The notes under the pieces: generated by a model
Seen by the model: only the letters and a program-made list of their open reading frames with translations
Told to the model about the DNA's origin: nothing
Databases searched by the model: none
In this document: positions 28,133 through 36,924 of the stretch, piece after piece
How positions within the stretch are numbered: the stretch's first letter is position 1
Layout of the letters: every line of letters begins with the position of its first letter
Made by a program: the position numbers and the translations under genes
Assembly (NCBI GenBank): GCA_040218735.1
Contig: JAVJQW010000011.1
Location: 256,001 to 320,000 of the forward strand
Reading direction: 5' to 3'
DNA from: Deltaproteobacteria bacterium
GTDB taxonomy: Bacteria; Myxococcota; Kuafuiibacteriia; Kuafuiibacteriales; Kuafuiibacteriaceae
DNA: 64,000 nt

Positions 28133-29821
28133 ATGGACAGGGAAGAAACACTGGTGATCCAGGGCTTCGACATCGTCACGAAGCTGAGCTCTGGAGGTAT
28201 GGGGGACGTCCTCCTCGCCCGCCGCAAGGGGGTCCACGGCTTCGAGAAGCTGTTGGCGGTGAAGACGATCCGGGGTGACCTCGCCAAGCGGGAGGACATC
28301 CGCTCCATGTTTCAGGACGAGGCCTCCCTCGTCGCCCGCCTCGCGCACCCGGCCATCGCGCAGGTCTACGACTTCGGTGAGGAGGACGGCGCGCTCTACC
28401 TGGCGATGGAGTACGTGCCGGGCATCGCCCTCAACAAGCTCCTGGTGAAGCGGCAGCGCGCCCTCCCCCCCTATGTGGCGGCGCGGATCATCGCGGAGGT
28501 GTGCCGGGGCCTCCACGCGGCGCACGAGCTGACGAACCTCGACGGTGACCCGCTCGGCGTGGTGCACCGTGACGTGAGTCCCGGAAACGTCATCCTGACG
28601 TTCGACGGGCACGTGAAGATCCTCGACTTCGGGATCGCGTTCATGGCCGAGCGCGAGTCGCCCGACACGCAGCTCGGTGAGCTCAAGGGCAAGCCTTCCT
28701 ACATGGCGCCCGAGCAGCTGCGCGGCGAGCGCGTGGACCGGCGCTCGGACCTGTACTCGGCGGGCGTCGTCTTCCACGAGATGCTGACGGGGCGGAAGCT
28801 GTTCTCGAAGCAGAACGTGGTCGCGACCGCGCTCGCGGTGGAGCGCGGCGAGGCGCCGGCGCCGTCGACGATCGTCGACCTGCCGGACGGCTTCGACGAG
28901 ATCGCGATGAAGGCGCTCGAGCGCCACGCGCACAACCGCTTCGAGGACGCGCGCGCGATGGCGCACGCGCTCGACGAGCTCATCCAGCGCGAGCCGACGT
29001 CGACGCTCGAGCAGTTCGTCGAGGACGAGCTCGGCGAGGAGCAGGCCTCGCACAAGGAGTGGCTGCACGAGGTGCTCTCGGGCTCGTACACGACGTCGGG
29101 CACCTACGAGCAGTACGCGGAGGAGAAGTCGCGCGCCTCGTTGGTCCCGGCGGCGATCCCGGAGCCGGATCCCTCGGCGGCCGAGGCGCACCCGCTCGTC
29201 GACTCCACGACGCTGATCCCGCCGTCGCAGACCGAGGAGAGCCCGGCGGTTCCGATCCGTCGCAAGGGCCCGAACCCCGCGCTGGTCGCGGTGGGCATCT
29301 TCATGCTCGCGGTGCTGCTGTTCTTCGGCGTGCGCCAGCTCGGCGCGCCGGGGCCGGAGGCGATTCAACCGATCGCCCCCCTCGAGGCGGCGCCCCCGCC
29401 GATCGAGGTCGCGCGCAGCGAGGCCACGGGAACCGAGGTCGCCGAGGCGTTGCCAGAGGGCGATGCGCCGCCGCCCGAAGTCGAGGTCCCGGAGGTCGTC
29501 AAGACGCCGGAGCCGGAGAAGCCGGAGCCCACGAAGAAGAAGCGCCGGCGCATCAAGAAGCGCCGCACGGCGACGCCGCCGGCCCCGCCCCCGACGAAAA
29601 CCGTGGTGGCCGACACGTACGGCTACGTGACGATCGGCGCGAACCCGTACGCGCTGGTACGCATCAACGGGAAGGAGATCGGCTCGACGCCGGTGGTGCG
29701 GAAGCGCCTGCCGGTGGGTGACTACAAGGTGGAGCTGATCGGCCCGGACACCGGGGACGTGCGGATGACGAAGAAGCTGACGCTGCGCGAGGGGGCGCAT
29801 GAGAGGATTATGCAGAGGTGA
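28133..29821 (+). CDS. Membrane Ser/Thr protein kinase with C-terminal PEGA domain
   Basis: GGMGDV, AVK, HRDVSPGN, DFG, YMAPE, DLYS; TM ALVAVGIFMLAVLLFFGV; Pro/Lys linker; PYALVRINGKEIGSTP. Confidence 0.95.
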   Translation: MDREETLVIQGFDIVTKLSSGGMGDVLLARRKGVHGFEKLLAVKTIRGDLAKREDIRSMFQDEASLVARLAHPAIAQVYDFGEEDGALYLAMEYVPGIALNKLLVKRQRALPPYVAARIIAEVCRGLHAAHELTNLDGDPLGVVHRDVSPGNVILTFDGHVKILDFGIAFMAERESPDTQLGELKGKPSYMAPEQLRGERVDRRSDLYSAGVVFHEMLTGRKLFSKQNVVATALAVERGEAPAPSTIVDLPDGFDEIAMKALERHAHNRFEDARAMAHALDELIQREPTSTLEQFVEDELGEEQASHKEWLHEVLSGSYTTSGTYEQYAEEKSRASLVPAAIPEPDPSAAEAHPLVDSTTLIPPSQTEESPAVPIRRKGPNPALVAVGIFMLAVLLFFGVRQLGAPGPEAIQPIAPLEAAPPPIEVARSEATGTEVAEALPEGDAPPPEVEVPEVVKTPEPEKPEPTKKKRRRIKKRRTATPPAPPPTKTVVADTYGYVTIGANPYALVRINGKEIGSTPVVRKRLPVGDYKVELIGPDTGDVRMTKKLTLREGAHERIMQR

Positions 29822-30041
29822 GTGCGGGACGAAGTCCCAGCACCCCTTGCCCCAGCCCTCACCCCAGCCCCTGCCCTCGTGGGCACTGATCCCGACCGAA
29901 GAAGCCGACGAGCGCCAGGGCAAGGGCCGCTCGCGCGTACCTGCGAACCTCTGGTTCTCTAGGCCTCGCGCGACGCTTCACAACGGAGCGACAGGAATCT
30001 GTTCCGTCCAGGGCAAGGGCTCGGGCAAGGGCTCGGGCAAG
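29822..30041. repeat. Intergenic element with hexamer-built inverted arms (REP/MITE-like)
   Basis: Left arm 29846-29877 and right arm 30010-30041 (GGGCAA-GGGCTC units) are reverse-complementary at 27 of 32 nt; an extra CAGGGCAAGGGC lies inside; hairpin GTGCGGGAC-GAA-GTCCCAGCAC at the left edge. Confidence 0.6.
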
Positions 30042-30057
30042 TTCACGCTGAGGTTCG

Positions 30058-31827
30058 TCAGTCCTTGGTGCCCATCGAATAGATCTCCACCCTCGCGTCC
30101 CCACCCAAGATCCCCGACGCCGAGCGCTCCACGATCACGATGTCGTCCGCGCCGTCCTGATCGATGTCGACCAACAGCAGCTCCGGATCCACCAGCTCCG
30201 GCATCGGCAGGTCGAAGTCCCCCGCTACCCGACGGCCGCGCGCCTCTCTCCCCAGCACGCCCCACACCGCGTAGCGCGGGGGCTCGAAGGCGTCGACGCG
30301 TGGGCGCGTGAAGAGCGAGATGACGTCGAGCGTTCCGTCGCCGTCGACCTCGCCGCCCCGGTTGCGTACGGGCGGCGCGGGCGGCGAGTCGAGGCCCGCC
30401 ATCACCAGCTCGAAGGCGCCCGGGCCGGTGCGCTCGATCTTGAGGCGCGACACGACGAAGTCGTTCACGGAGAGCTGCGTGCCGAGCAACAGCCGCTCGC
30501 TCCCGTTGATGCTCGGGGCGAAGCTCATGCCGCTCGCGATCGCGTACCACTCGCGCAGCGCGTACTGCTGCGGCGTGAGCTCCGCCGCGACGACGAGGCC
30601 GATGTTCTGCTGGTTGAGCACGAGCATCCGCACCAGCCCGCCCTTCTCGTCGCTGACACACCCCGCGGAGATCGTGTCGAGGCGACCGCCGAACTCGCCG
30701 CGTTCCATGCCGGTCGCGTCGAAGATCGCGGCGTTCGGGGCGTCGTAGCTCACGATGACGTACGGGCCGTTGGCGTCGTCGGTGCAGGGGCCGGCTTCGT
30801 GGATCGCGAGCGGCGCGGCGCCGAGCGCGCCGGGGGGCGGTTCGTACGCCGTGGAGAACAACGGCGCGCCGTCGGTGGTGAACTCGTACCACTCACTCTC
30901 GGTGATCACGACGGGACGATCGCGGCCCGTCGTCGGCGAGAGCAGACCGAGCGCCGCGACCGACCCGTTGATCGCCTGCGACGTCCGCATCTGCAGCGCG
31001 CCGCCCGGCACCTGGTAGACGAACACCACGCGGCGCGTGCGCGGGAGGTCGCCGTCCTTCAACGCGACGAAACCCGGTTCGCCGTTCGGGCCGATGCGTC
31101 CGGCGCGGACGTCGAAGACGCGGCCTTCGATCGCGTCGATCGTCGGCGGCGGGACCACGAAGCCGGGGATCGCGGCGGCGTCGCCCTCCGCCCACCGCAC
31201 GCGGACGTCGAGCACGAAGGGGCCGGCGCGCGTGGGGAGCTGCGCGTCGATCGACACACGCCCTTCCCCGTCGCTCGTACCGCGGCCGATCGGTCCCTCG
31301 CCGGAGGCGCCGACGACCTGCCACCGGACGTCCGCGCCCGGGAGCGGCTCGCCGAGGAAGTCGACGATGGTGACGACGACCGGCGCCGTGAGCGCGTCGC
31401 CGAGGGTCTGTTGGATCGACGAGGCGATCGTCGTCGTGCGGGTCACGGGCCGCCCTTGGATCGCGACCTCCGTGTCCGAGCCGATCTCACCGACCTCGGC
31501 GCAGCCCACCACGAGCCGCTGCCCGATCGCGTCGACCCCCTCCGCGACGAACACCTTCGGCGCGACGCGATCGATGTCGGCGAGCGGCGCGACCTCCAGC
31601 TCCCGCTCGGCGATCGAAGCCACGCGACTCGCACGCACGAGGTCGTCGTCGATCTGCGCGAACGCGAGGTCGTCGCAGGTGAACGGTGCACCCGCCGGCG
31701 GGAGATAGATCGCGAGCGAGGTGTCGTCGACGAACGGGCGGTACGCAGCCGGTACGTCGAACCGGACGTGCACCTCGGGCTCCCCGCACGCCGCGAGGAT
31801 CAGCGCGAGCGGGAGCAGCCGCTTCAT
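30058..31827 (-). CDS. Lipoprotein with Ig-like segment and FG-GAP-like Ca-binding repeats
   Basis: MKRLLPLALILAAC lipobox; GEPLPGADVRW...SDGEGRVS; EVDGDGTLDVI and DIDQDGADDIV. Confidence 0.78.
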   Translation of the reverse strand: MKRLLPLALILAACGEPEVHVRFDVPAAYRPFVDDTSLAIYLPPAGAPFTCDDLAFAQIDDDLVRASRVASIAERELEVAPLADIDRVAPKVFVAEGVDAIGQRLVVGCAEVGEIGSDTEVAIQGRPVTRTTTIASSIQQTLGDALTAPVVVTIVDFLGEPLPGADVRWQVVGASGEGPIGRGTSDGEGRVSIDAQLPTRAGPFVLDVRVRWAEGDAAAIPGFVVPPPTIDAIEGRVFDVRAGRIGPNGEPGFVALKDGDLPRTRRVVFVYQVPGGALQMRTSQAINGSVAALGLLSPTTGRDRPVVITESEWYEFTTDGAPLFSTAYEPPPGALGAAPLAIHEAGPCTDDANGPYVIVSYDAPNAAIFDATGMERGEFGGRLDTISAGCVSDEKGGLVRMLVLNQQNIGLVVAAELTPQQYALREWYAIASGMSFAPSINGSERLLLGTQLSVNDFVVSRLKIERTGPGAFELVMAGLDSPPAPPVRNRGGEVDGDGTLDVISLFTRPRVDAFEPPRYAVWGVLGREARGRRVAGDFDLPMPELVDPELLLVDIDQDGADDIVIVERSASGILGGDARVEIYSMGTKD

Positions 31828-32627
31828 CGGTTCACCTCGAACGTACCGCCGACGGTCGGGGGCGGTTCGTTGGTCGCGGCGAACACCGCGGCGCCCGCGC
31901 CGGCGGCGACGACGGTGCCGGCGATGGCCCACACCCACCACTTGCCGTACCAGGGCTCGGGCGGCTCGTACTGCAAGCTGACTTGCCGCGGACGCCCCTC
32001 GGAGCCGAACACGAGGACCTCGTTCCTCGCGGCGTCGGTCGCGACGAGGTACAGCTCGAGGACGTCGGAGGTCTTGGCGTCGGGCGCCGTCGCGGGGAGC
32101 TCGACCCGCGTGGGGCGCTCACCGCGTTTGGGGAGGACGAGCGGCGAGACCTCGAACTTGTTGGCGCCGCGGCGCCGGTGGTAGAGGCGCGCGCCGACGA
32201 GGAAACCTTCGGGATCGGCGACGACCTCCACGTCGACGGGGACCGGCTGGTCGACGAGGACGTCGCGCGGCCAGCTCACGTCCACGCTCGGCGCGGGGCG
32301 CGCGAGGCTCTTCTTGCGGGCCTCCTCGAAGACAAACGTGACCTTCGGCGAGAGCGTGTAGCTGATGGCTCGGCCGGGATCGAGCGCGAGCATCTTCGAG
32401 AAGGCCTCGATCGCGTCCTTGGATTGCTCGAGGTAGGCGTACGCGATCCCGAGCTGCTCGTAGAGGCGGACGTGCTGGTCGTGGGTGAGCGGCCCGCGCT
32501 CCGTGAGGCCTTCGAGGATCGTGACGGCGTCGCCCGGGCGGAACTCGGCGAGGGCTGCGTCGGCGCGGTCGAGCGTGTCGTTCACCGATCCTGCGATCAG
32601 CGCGACGATGAGGAGCGCGGCGCTCAT
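31824..32627 (-). CDS. Exported TPR protein with C-terminal PWYxKWW membrane anchor
   Basis: Signal peptide; LGIAYAYLEQSKDAIEAFSKMLALDP; LSPKV; PWYGKWWVWAIAGTVVAAGAG. Confidence 0.8.
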   Translation of the reverse strand: MSAALLIVALIAGSVNDTLDRADAALAEFRPGDAVTILEGLTERGPLTHDQHVRLYEQLGIAYAYLEQSKDAIEAFSKMLALDPGRAISYTLSPKVTFVFEEARKKSLARPAPSVDVSWPRDVLVDQPVPVDVEVVADPEGFLVGARLYHRRRGANKFEVSPLVLPKRGERPTRVELPATAPDAKTSDVLELYLVATDAARNEVLVFGSEGRPRQVSLQYEPPEPWYGKWWVWAIAGTVVAAGAGAAVFAATNEPPPTVGGTFEVNR

Positions 32628-32639
32628 CGTTCTCGAAAG

Positions 32640-33233
32640 TTAGCCCGGATGACCGCGATCGGCGAGCAAACCGCCGAGCGTGCGTTCGGCGGCGTCACGC
32701 AGACCGAGCGGGACGAGGACGCCGACTTCGAGGAGCGAAGGGTGCGCGCGGCGATCGAGCGCGCGGACGAGCGCGGACAGGACGTGGCGCACCGAGAGTC
32801 GGGCGTGCACCGTGCCGAGCGGTTCGAACGCGAGGCGAGCGAGGCCGCGCCGTGCGGCGACGTCGAGCGCGGCGGCGACGGCGTCGTCGATCCACGCGGG
32901 GCACGTCGAAGGTTCGAGGGCGAGATCGTGGACGACGGCGAGGATGCGTGCGCCGTGGTCGACGACGGTGCCGACGGAGCGCGGCTCGAAGCGCGCGACG
33001 TCTTCGAGGATGCGGAGCGTCGGCGGGACCGGCTCGTCCGGGATCCACGCGGGCGCGGAGAGCACGAGGTGCGTGTCTTCTTCGACGACGCGCGTGACGC
33101 GCGTGAACACTGGATCGTCCGGCGTGGCGAGCGCGACGGCGACGCCGCCGACACGACCGAAGTCCGCGAGCCCGCCGGGCACCAACGTCAAGTGGGGGAT
33201 CGTACGCACGACGATGGGGATCGTTCCTTCCAC
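32640..33233 (-). CDS. Hypothetical protein, degenerate macro-domain-like
   Basis: ILAVVHD...AVAAALDVAARRGLARLAFEPLGTVHARLS parallels the macro C-terminal 'L..A...G.KSIAFPAIGTG' motif; the N-terminal AAN/GGG motifs are absent. Confidence 0.55.
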   Translation of the reverse strand: MEGTIPIVVRTIPHLTLVPGGLADFGRVGGVAVALATPDDPVFTRVTRVVEEDTHLVLSAPAWIPDEPVPPTLRILEDVARFEPRSVGTVVDHGARILAVVHDLALEPSTCPAWIDDAVAAALDVAARRGLARLAFEPLGTVHARLSVRHVLSALVRALDRRAHPSLLEVGVLVPLGLRDAAERTLGGLLADRGHPG

Positions 33234-33380
33234 CCACGGGATCGTTTGGCAATGGGTGAGAGGTGCGAACGTTGACGGGATTGCCGGGTATGCGTAGATT
33301 GCCGCGCAACCGCGCCGCCGAAGCGCCTGAAGCGCTTCATCAGGGTATTCAGCAACGGGCGTGTAGGGGAGTTAGAACTC

Positions 33381-34931
33381 ATGGAATCCATCCGGGTCTC
33401 CGGCATCATTCCGGCAACCACTGAACGCGTCTACAGCGCCTGGCTGGACAGCACGGAGCACTCCTCCTTCACCGGCTCCAAGCCCGCCGAGATCTCGGAC
33501 CAGCCGGGCGGGAAGTTCTCGGCGTTCGACGGCTATATCAGCGGCACGAACACCGAGCTGAAGGCGAACAAGAAGATCATCCAGGGCTGGCGTACGACGG
33601 ACTTCCCGGCGGACGCGGAGGACTCGCGGCTGGAGATCGTGCTGCGGCGTCGCGACGACGGCACCACGGAGATCACGATTCTCCATACCAACATCCCGGA
33701 TGGGCTCGGGCACAAGTTCGAGGCGGGGTGGGTCGACATGTACCTGACCCCGATGCGCCGGTACTTCAACGAGCTCGCGGAGGCCGAGAAGCGGGCCGCA
33801 GCGCGCAAGCTCCAGATGGAAGCGCAGCGCGCCGAGCGCGAGGCACGTCGCGCAGAGCAGGCCGCGGAGCGGGCGAAGCTCGCCGCCGAGCGGCTGAAGA
33901 TCCAGAACGCGAAGCGCGCCGAAGCGCAGAAGAAGCGCGAGGAAGAGCGCAAGAAGCGCGAAGAGAAGCGCCGGATCGAGAAGGCGAAGCGCGAGGAAGC
34001 CCGACGCAAGGCCGCCGAGAAGAAGCGCATCGAGCGCGAGAAGAAGGCGGAGAAGCGGCGCAAGGAGCAGGAGAAGAAGCGCATCGCCAAGCAGAAGGCC
34101 GCCGAGAAGAAGAAGCGCGACCAGGAGAAGAAGCGGCTCGCGAAGCAGCAGGCCGCCGAGAAGAAGAAGCGCGACCAAGAGAAGAAGCGCATCGCGAAGC
34201 AGAAGGCCGCCGAGAAGAAGAAGCGCGAGCTCGAGAAGAAGCGCATCGCCAAGCAGCAGGCCGCCGAGAAGAAGAAGCGCGAGCTCGAGAAGAAGCGCAT
34301 CGCCAAGCAGAAGGCCGCCGAGAAGCGCCGCAAGGAGCAGGAGAAGAAGCGCATCGCCAAGCAGAAGGCCGCCGAGAAGAAGCGGAAGGCCCTCGAGGCG
34401 AAGAAACTCGCTGCGAAGAAGGCCGCCGAGAAGAAGCGGATCGAGCAGGAGAAGAAGCGCATCGCGAAGCAGAAGGCCGCCGAGAAGAAGAAGGCCGCTG
34501 CGGCGAAGAAGAAGGCCGCGGAGAAGAAGCGCCGCGAGGCCGCCGCGAAGAAGAAGGCTGCGGCGAAGAAGAAGGCCGCGACCAAGAAGAAGACTTCGAA
34601 GAAGAAGGCCCCCGCCAAGAAGGCCGCGAAGAAGAAGGCTTCGAAGAAGAAGGCCGCGAAGAAGAAGGCCCCGGCGCGCAAGGCTTCCAAGAAGAAGGCA
34701 CCCGCCAAGAAGGCTTCGAAGAAGAAGGCCCCGGCGCGCAAGGCTTCCAAGAAGAAGGCGCCCGCCAAGAAGGTCTCGAAGAAGAAGGCGCCCGCCAAGA
34801 AGGCTTCGAAGAAGAAGGCGCCCGCCAAGAAGGCTTCGAAGAAGAAGGCGCCCGCCAAGAAGGTCTCGAGGAAGAAGGCGCCCGCCAAGAAGGCCTCGAA
34901 GAAGAAGGCGGCGGCCAAGCGCCGACGCTGA
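33381..34931 (+). CDS. AHSA1/SRPBCC (START) domain protein with ~380-aa Lys/Ala/Arg coiled-coil and histone-H1-like tail
   Basis: ERVYSAWLD...FTG...GGKFSAFDGYISG...IIQGWRTTDFP...HTNIP...GWVDMY (Aha1-C type); then 18-aa and 10-aa K-rich repeats; SD GGGGAG. Confidence 0.9.
   Translation: MESIRVSGIIPATTERVYSAWLDSTEHSSFTGSKPAEISDQPGGKFSAFDGYISGTNTELKANKKIIQGWRTTDFPADAEDSRLEIVLRRRDDGTTEITILHTNIPDGLGHKFEAGWVDMYLTPMRRYFNELAEAEKRAAARKLQMEAQRAEREARRAEQAAERAKLAAERLKIQNAKRAEAQKKREEERKKREEKRRIEKAKREEARRKAAEKKRIEREKKAEKRRKEQEKKRIAKQKAAEKKKRDQEKKRLAKQQAAEKKKRDQEKKRIAKQKAAEKKKRELEKKRIAKQQAAEKKKRELEKKRIAKQKAAEKRRKEQEKKRIAKQKAAEKKRKALEAKKLAAKKAAEKKRIEQEKKRIAKQKAAEKKKAAAAKKKAAEKKRREAAAKKKAAAKKKAATKKKTSKKKAPAKKAAKKKASKKKAAKKKAPARKASKKKAPAKKASKKKAPARKASKKKAPAKKVSKKKAPAKKASKKKAPAKKASKKKAPAKKVSRKKAPAKKASKKKAAAKRRR
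34017..34502 (+). repeat. Coding tandem repeat, 9 x 54 bp (EKKRIAKQKAAEKKKRxx)
   Basis: Units start at 34017, 34071 ... 34449 with exact 54-nt periodicity. Confidence 0.85.
34599..34928 (+). repeat. Coding tandem repeat, ~11 x 30 bp (KKKAPAKKAS, H1-like)
   Basis: AAGAAGAAGGC-CCCGCCAAGAAGGCTTCG-type units running to the stop codon. Confidence 0.85.
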
Positions 34932-34953
34932 CGCCGACCCCGCGCGGGCGACC

Positions 34954-35601
34954 ATGGCGAACACACTCGACACGGTCGTCCTGCGCCTCCAAGCCGGTGA
35001 CGTCACGCTGCAGATCGAGCAGATCGAGCAGCTCTCCTCCCTCGCGACGGAGTCACTCCGCGCGGGGACCGACCCCTACTGGGCGTACCTGTGGCCGAGC
35101 GCGCGCGCGCTCGTGCAGCACATCGGACAGAGCGACGTCGACTTCTCGGGGCTGAACGTCCTGGAGATCGGCGCGGGCCTCGGGGCGCCGGGACTGCTCG
35201 CCGCGGCGCGCGGCGCCCGCGTCACCGCGACGGACGGACGCGAGGAGGCGCTCGACCTCATCACCGCGAACGCCGAGCGCAACGGGCTCGACGTCCAGGT
35301 GCGTCAACTCGACTGGTCGGCGCCCCCCGAGGACCTCGATACCTTCGATCTGATCCTGGCCTCCGACGTCCTCTACGACGACGGCATGCTCCGCACCGTC
35401 CTGCGCTTCACGAAGCGGGCCCTGGCCCAACAAGGCGCGCTCTGGCTCGCCGATCCCGAGCGGATCCCAGCCTCGGGCATCCGCGGCGCGGCGATCCTCT
35501 CGGGGCTCGAGACCGAGAGCCGCGTCCTCGTCCCCGGTCAGACGCTCACCGGCGGCGTGAGCCTGCACGTCCTGCGTCGGCGGGCGCGACGCTTCGGGTG
35601 A
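34954..35601 (+). CDS. Protein methyltransferase, Methyltransf_16 / METTL21-like family
   Basis: PYWAYLWPSARAL, VLEIGAGLG, TATD, NAERN, LDW, DLILASDVLYD (DxxY), LADP. Confidence 0.88.
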   Translation: MANTLDTVVLRLQAGDVTLQIEQIEQLSSLATESLRAGTDPYWAYLWPSARALVQHIGQSDVDFSGLNVLEIGAGLGAPGLLAAARGARVTATDGREEALDLITANAERNGLDVQVRQLDWSAPPEDLDTFDLILASDVLYDDGMLRTVLRFTKRALAQQGALWLADPERIPASGIRGAAILSGLETESRVLVPGQTLTGGVSLHVLRRRARRFG

Positions 35602-35632
35602 TATCGGGCGAGCGTTCTGATACGCCCTCGCC

Positions 35633-36778
35633 ATGGCGAAGGTGCTCCCGAACGTCTACGGCAACCACTTCATCGTGCGGCCCCCCGTGCCGGCCACGGT
35701 CAACAAAGCCGGCGCGAACTACAAGAGCGAAGTCACGCACGCCGAGTACTCGCCGCGACGTGCGTTCGACGAGTGGGTCGCGATCTGCGAGGGCATCCGG
35801 AAGTTCGGCGGCGACGCGATCTTCGACTTCGAAGAGGACGACGACGCCTTCCTCGATCACGGAGCGCTGCATGTCGACGCCGAGGGTGCGATCCGCGCCG
35901 AGGGTGAATCGACGATCCTCGGCCACCTCGACGAGGTCCAGACCGGCCGGGTCTTCTGTGCAAACGGCCCGTGGGTGACCGTCGACAAGGGCTCGCTGTC
36001 GGCCGTGCTCCCGAACATGCTCGAGCACCGCAAGGACGAGCTGGCCTACTACGAGGCGCTGCTCGATGCGATCGCGACGTTCGGCGAGTACGAGCTCGAC
36101 GTCGGCGTGAACCCGCACCGCTGGGAGGGGATGGCGGACGTCGCGGTCGTCGGCGAGCAGGTCGTGCTCACGCACACCGTGAAGGGCCACTACGACGCCG
36201 GGCTCGAAGACAAAACGATGCGTTCGAGTCAGGAGGGTGTCGCGTACGCCGCCGACTTCGTCGGTGTCCCGGAGGAGGCCTGCATCTTCGCAGAGCTCGT
36301 GTACCCACACTTTCACGGCGACACCGTGCACTTCGGCGCGCGCCCCAAGAGCGGCGGCGCGAAGCTCGCGCACTACTCGGGCGGCCTCGTCGAAGGTGAG
36401 GCCGAGCGGGTGGCGGAGGCGCTCCCGGACGGCGCGATCGTCCCGATCGGCCGCGACGACGCGGTGGAGTTCTACGCGGGCAACTCGCGACAAGTCGGTG
36501 GCGGGGTGTTGGTGCCGGACGGCGTGACGGACACGTTCGTCGCGTCGATGGAGGCCCTCGGGCTGCCGGTGCACCGCGTCGCGCTCTTCGAGCTGTTCGG
36601 CAAGGCGGGCGGCGGGCCGGCGTGTGCGACGCTCTACCTCCCGAAGAACCTCACGCTGCCGAAGGACACGCCGCTCTTGTTCTCGAATCGCGCCGAGGAG
36701 ATCGCGGAGCGCCGTGCGCGCATCCCGGAGCGGCTCACCGTCGACCCGGCCTACTTCGCCAACAAGAAGCGCGGCTGA
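35633..36778 (+). CDS. Amidinotransferase / dimethylarginine dimethylaminohydrolase (pentein) superfamily enzyme
   Basis: VFCAN, HRKDE, WEGMAD, HFHGDT, YAGNS and C-terminal ELFGKAGGGPACATL correspond to VFTAN, R.GE, FEG.GD, YHLDT, ACN and EF.KAGG...C.TL. Confidence 0.8.
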   Translation: MAKVLPNVYGNHFIVRPPVPATVNKAGANYKSEVTHAEYSPRRAFDEWVAICEGIRKFGGDAIFDFEEDDDAFLDHGALHVDAEGAIRAEGESTILGHLDEVQTGRVFCANGPWVTVDKGSLSAVLPNMLEHRKDELAYYEALLDAIATFGEYELDVGVNPHRWEGMADVAVVGEQVVLTHTVKGHYDAGLEDKTMRSSQEGVAYAADFVGVPEEACIFAELVYPHFHGDTVHFGARPKSGGAKLAHYSGGLVEGEAERVAEALPDGAIVPIGRDDAVEFYAGNSRQVGGGVLVPDGVTDTFVASMEALGLPVHRVALFELFGKAGGGPACATLYLPKNLTLPKDTPLLFSNRAEEIAERRARIPERLTVDPAYFANKKRG

Positions 36779-36924
36779 GAGCGGCTACGGCAGCGCCGGC
36801 GCGCGGATCGCTTACGCCGAGCCGCGCGCTGGACCGACGGTCTGGTCCATACGTCCCGCGAGGCCGGGCCTCGACACCCGAGTGTCACACAACGCCCCAC
36901 ATCATTCGCCGATAAGGGTTTCAA

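Noticed and set aside
26187-32627. Cys-rich lipoprotein, kinase, FG-GAP lipoprotein and TPR protein as one novel signalling system
   Set aside because: These families are abundant and commonly clustered in myxobacteria, the orientations are mixed, and nothing specific links them.
34017-34928. Regular repeats that might suggest a CRISPR array
   Set aside because: They are in-frame tandem coding repeats with no unique spacers, and there are no cas genes in the window.
33372-35006. Long antisense ORFs rich in Leu/Gly, Phe/Ala or Ser/Arg (544, 477 and 408 aa) and a 475-aa frame-shifted sense ORF
   Set aside because: These are shadows of the stop-free AAG/GCC repeats in the AHSA1-H1 gene.
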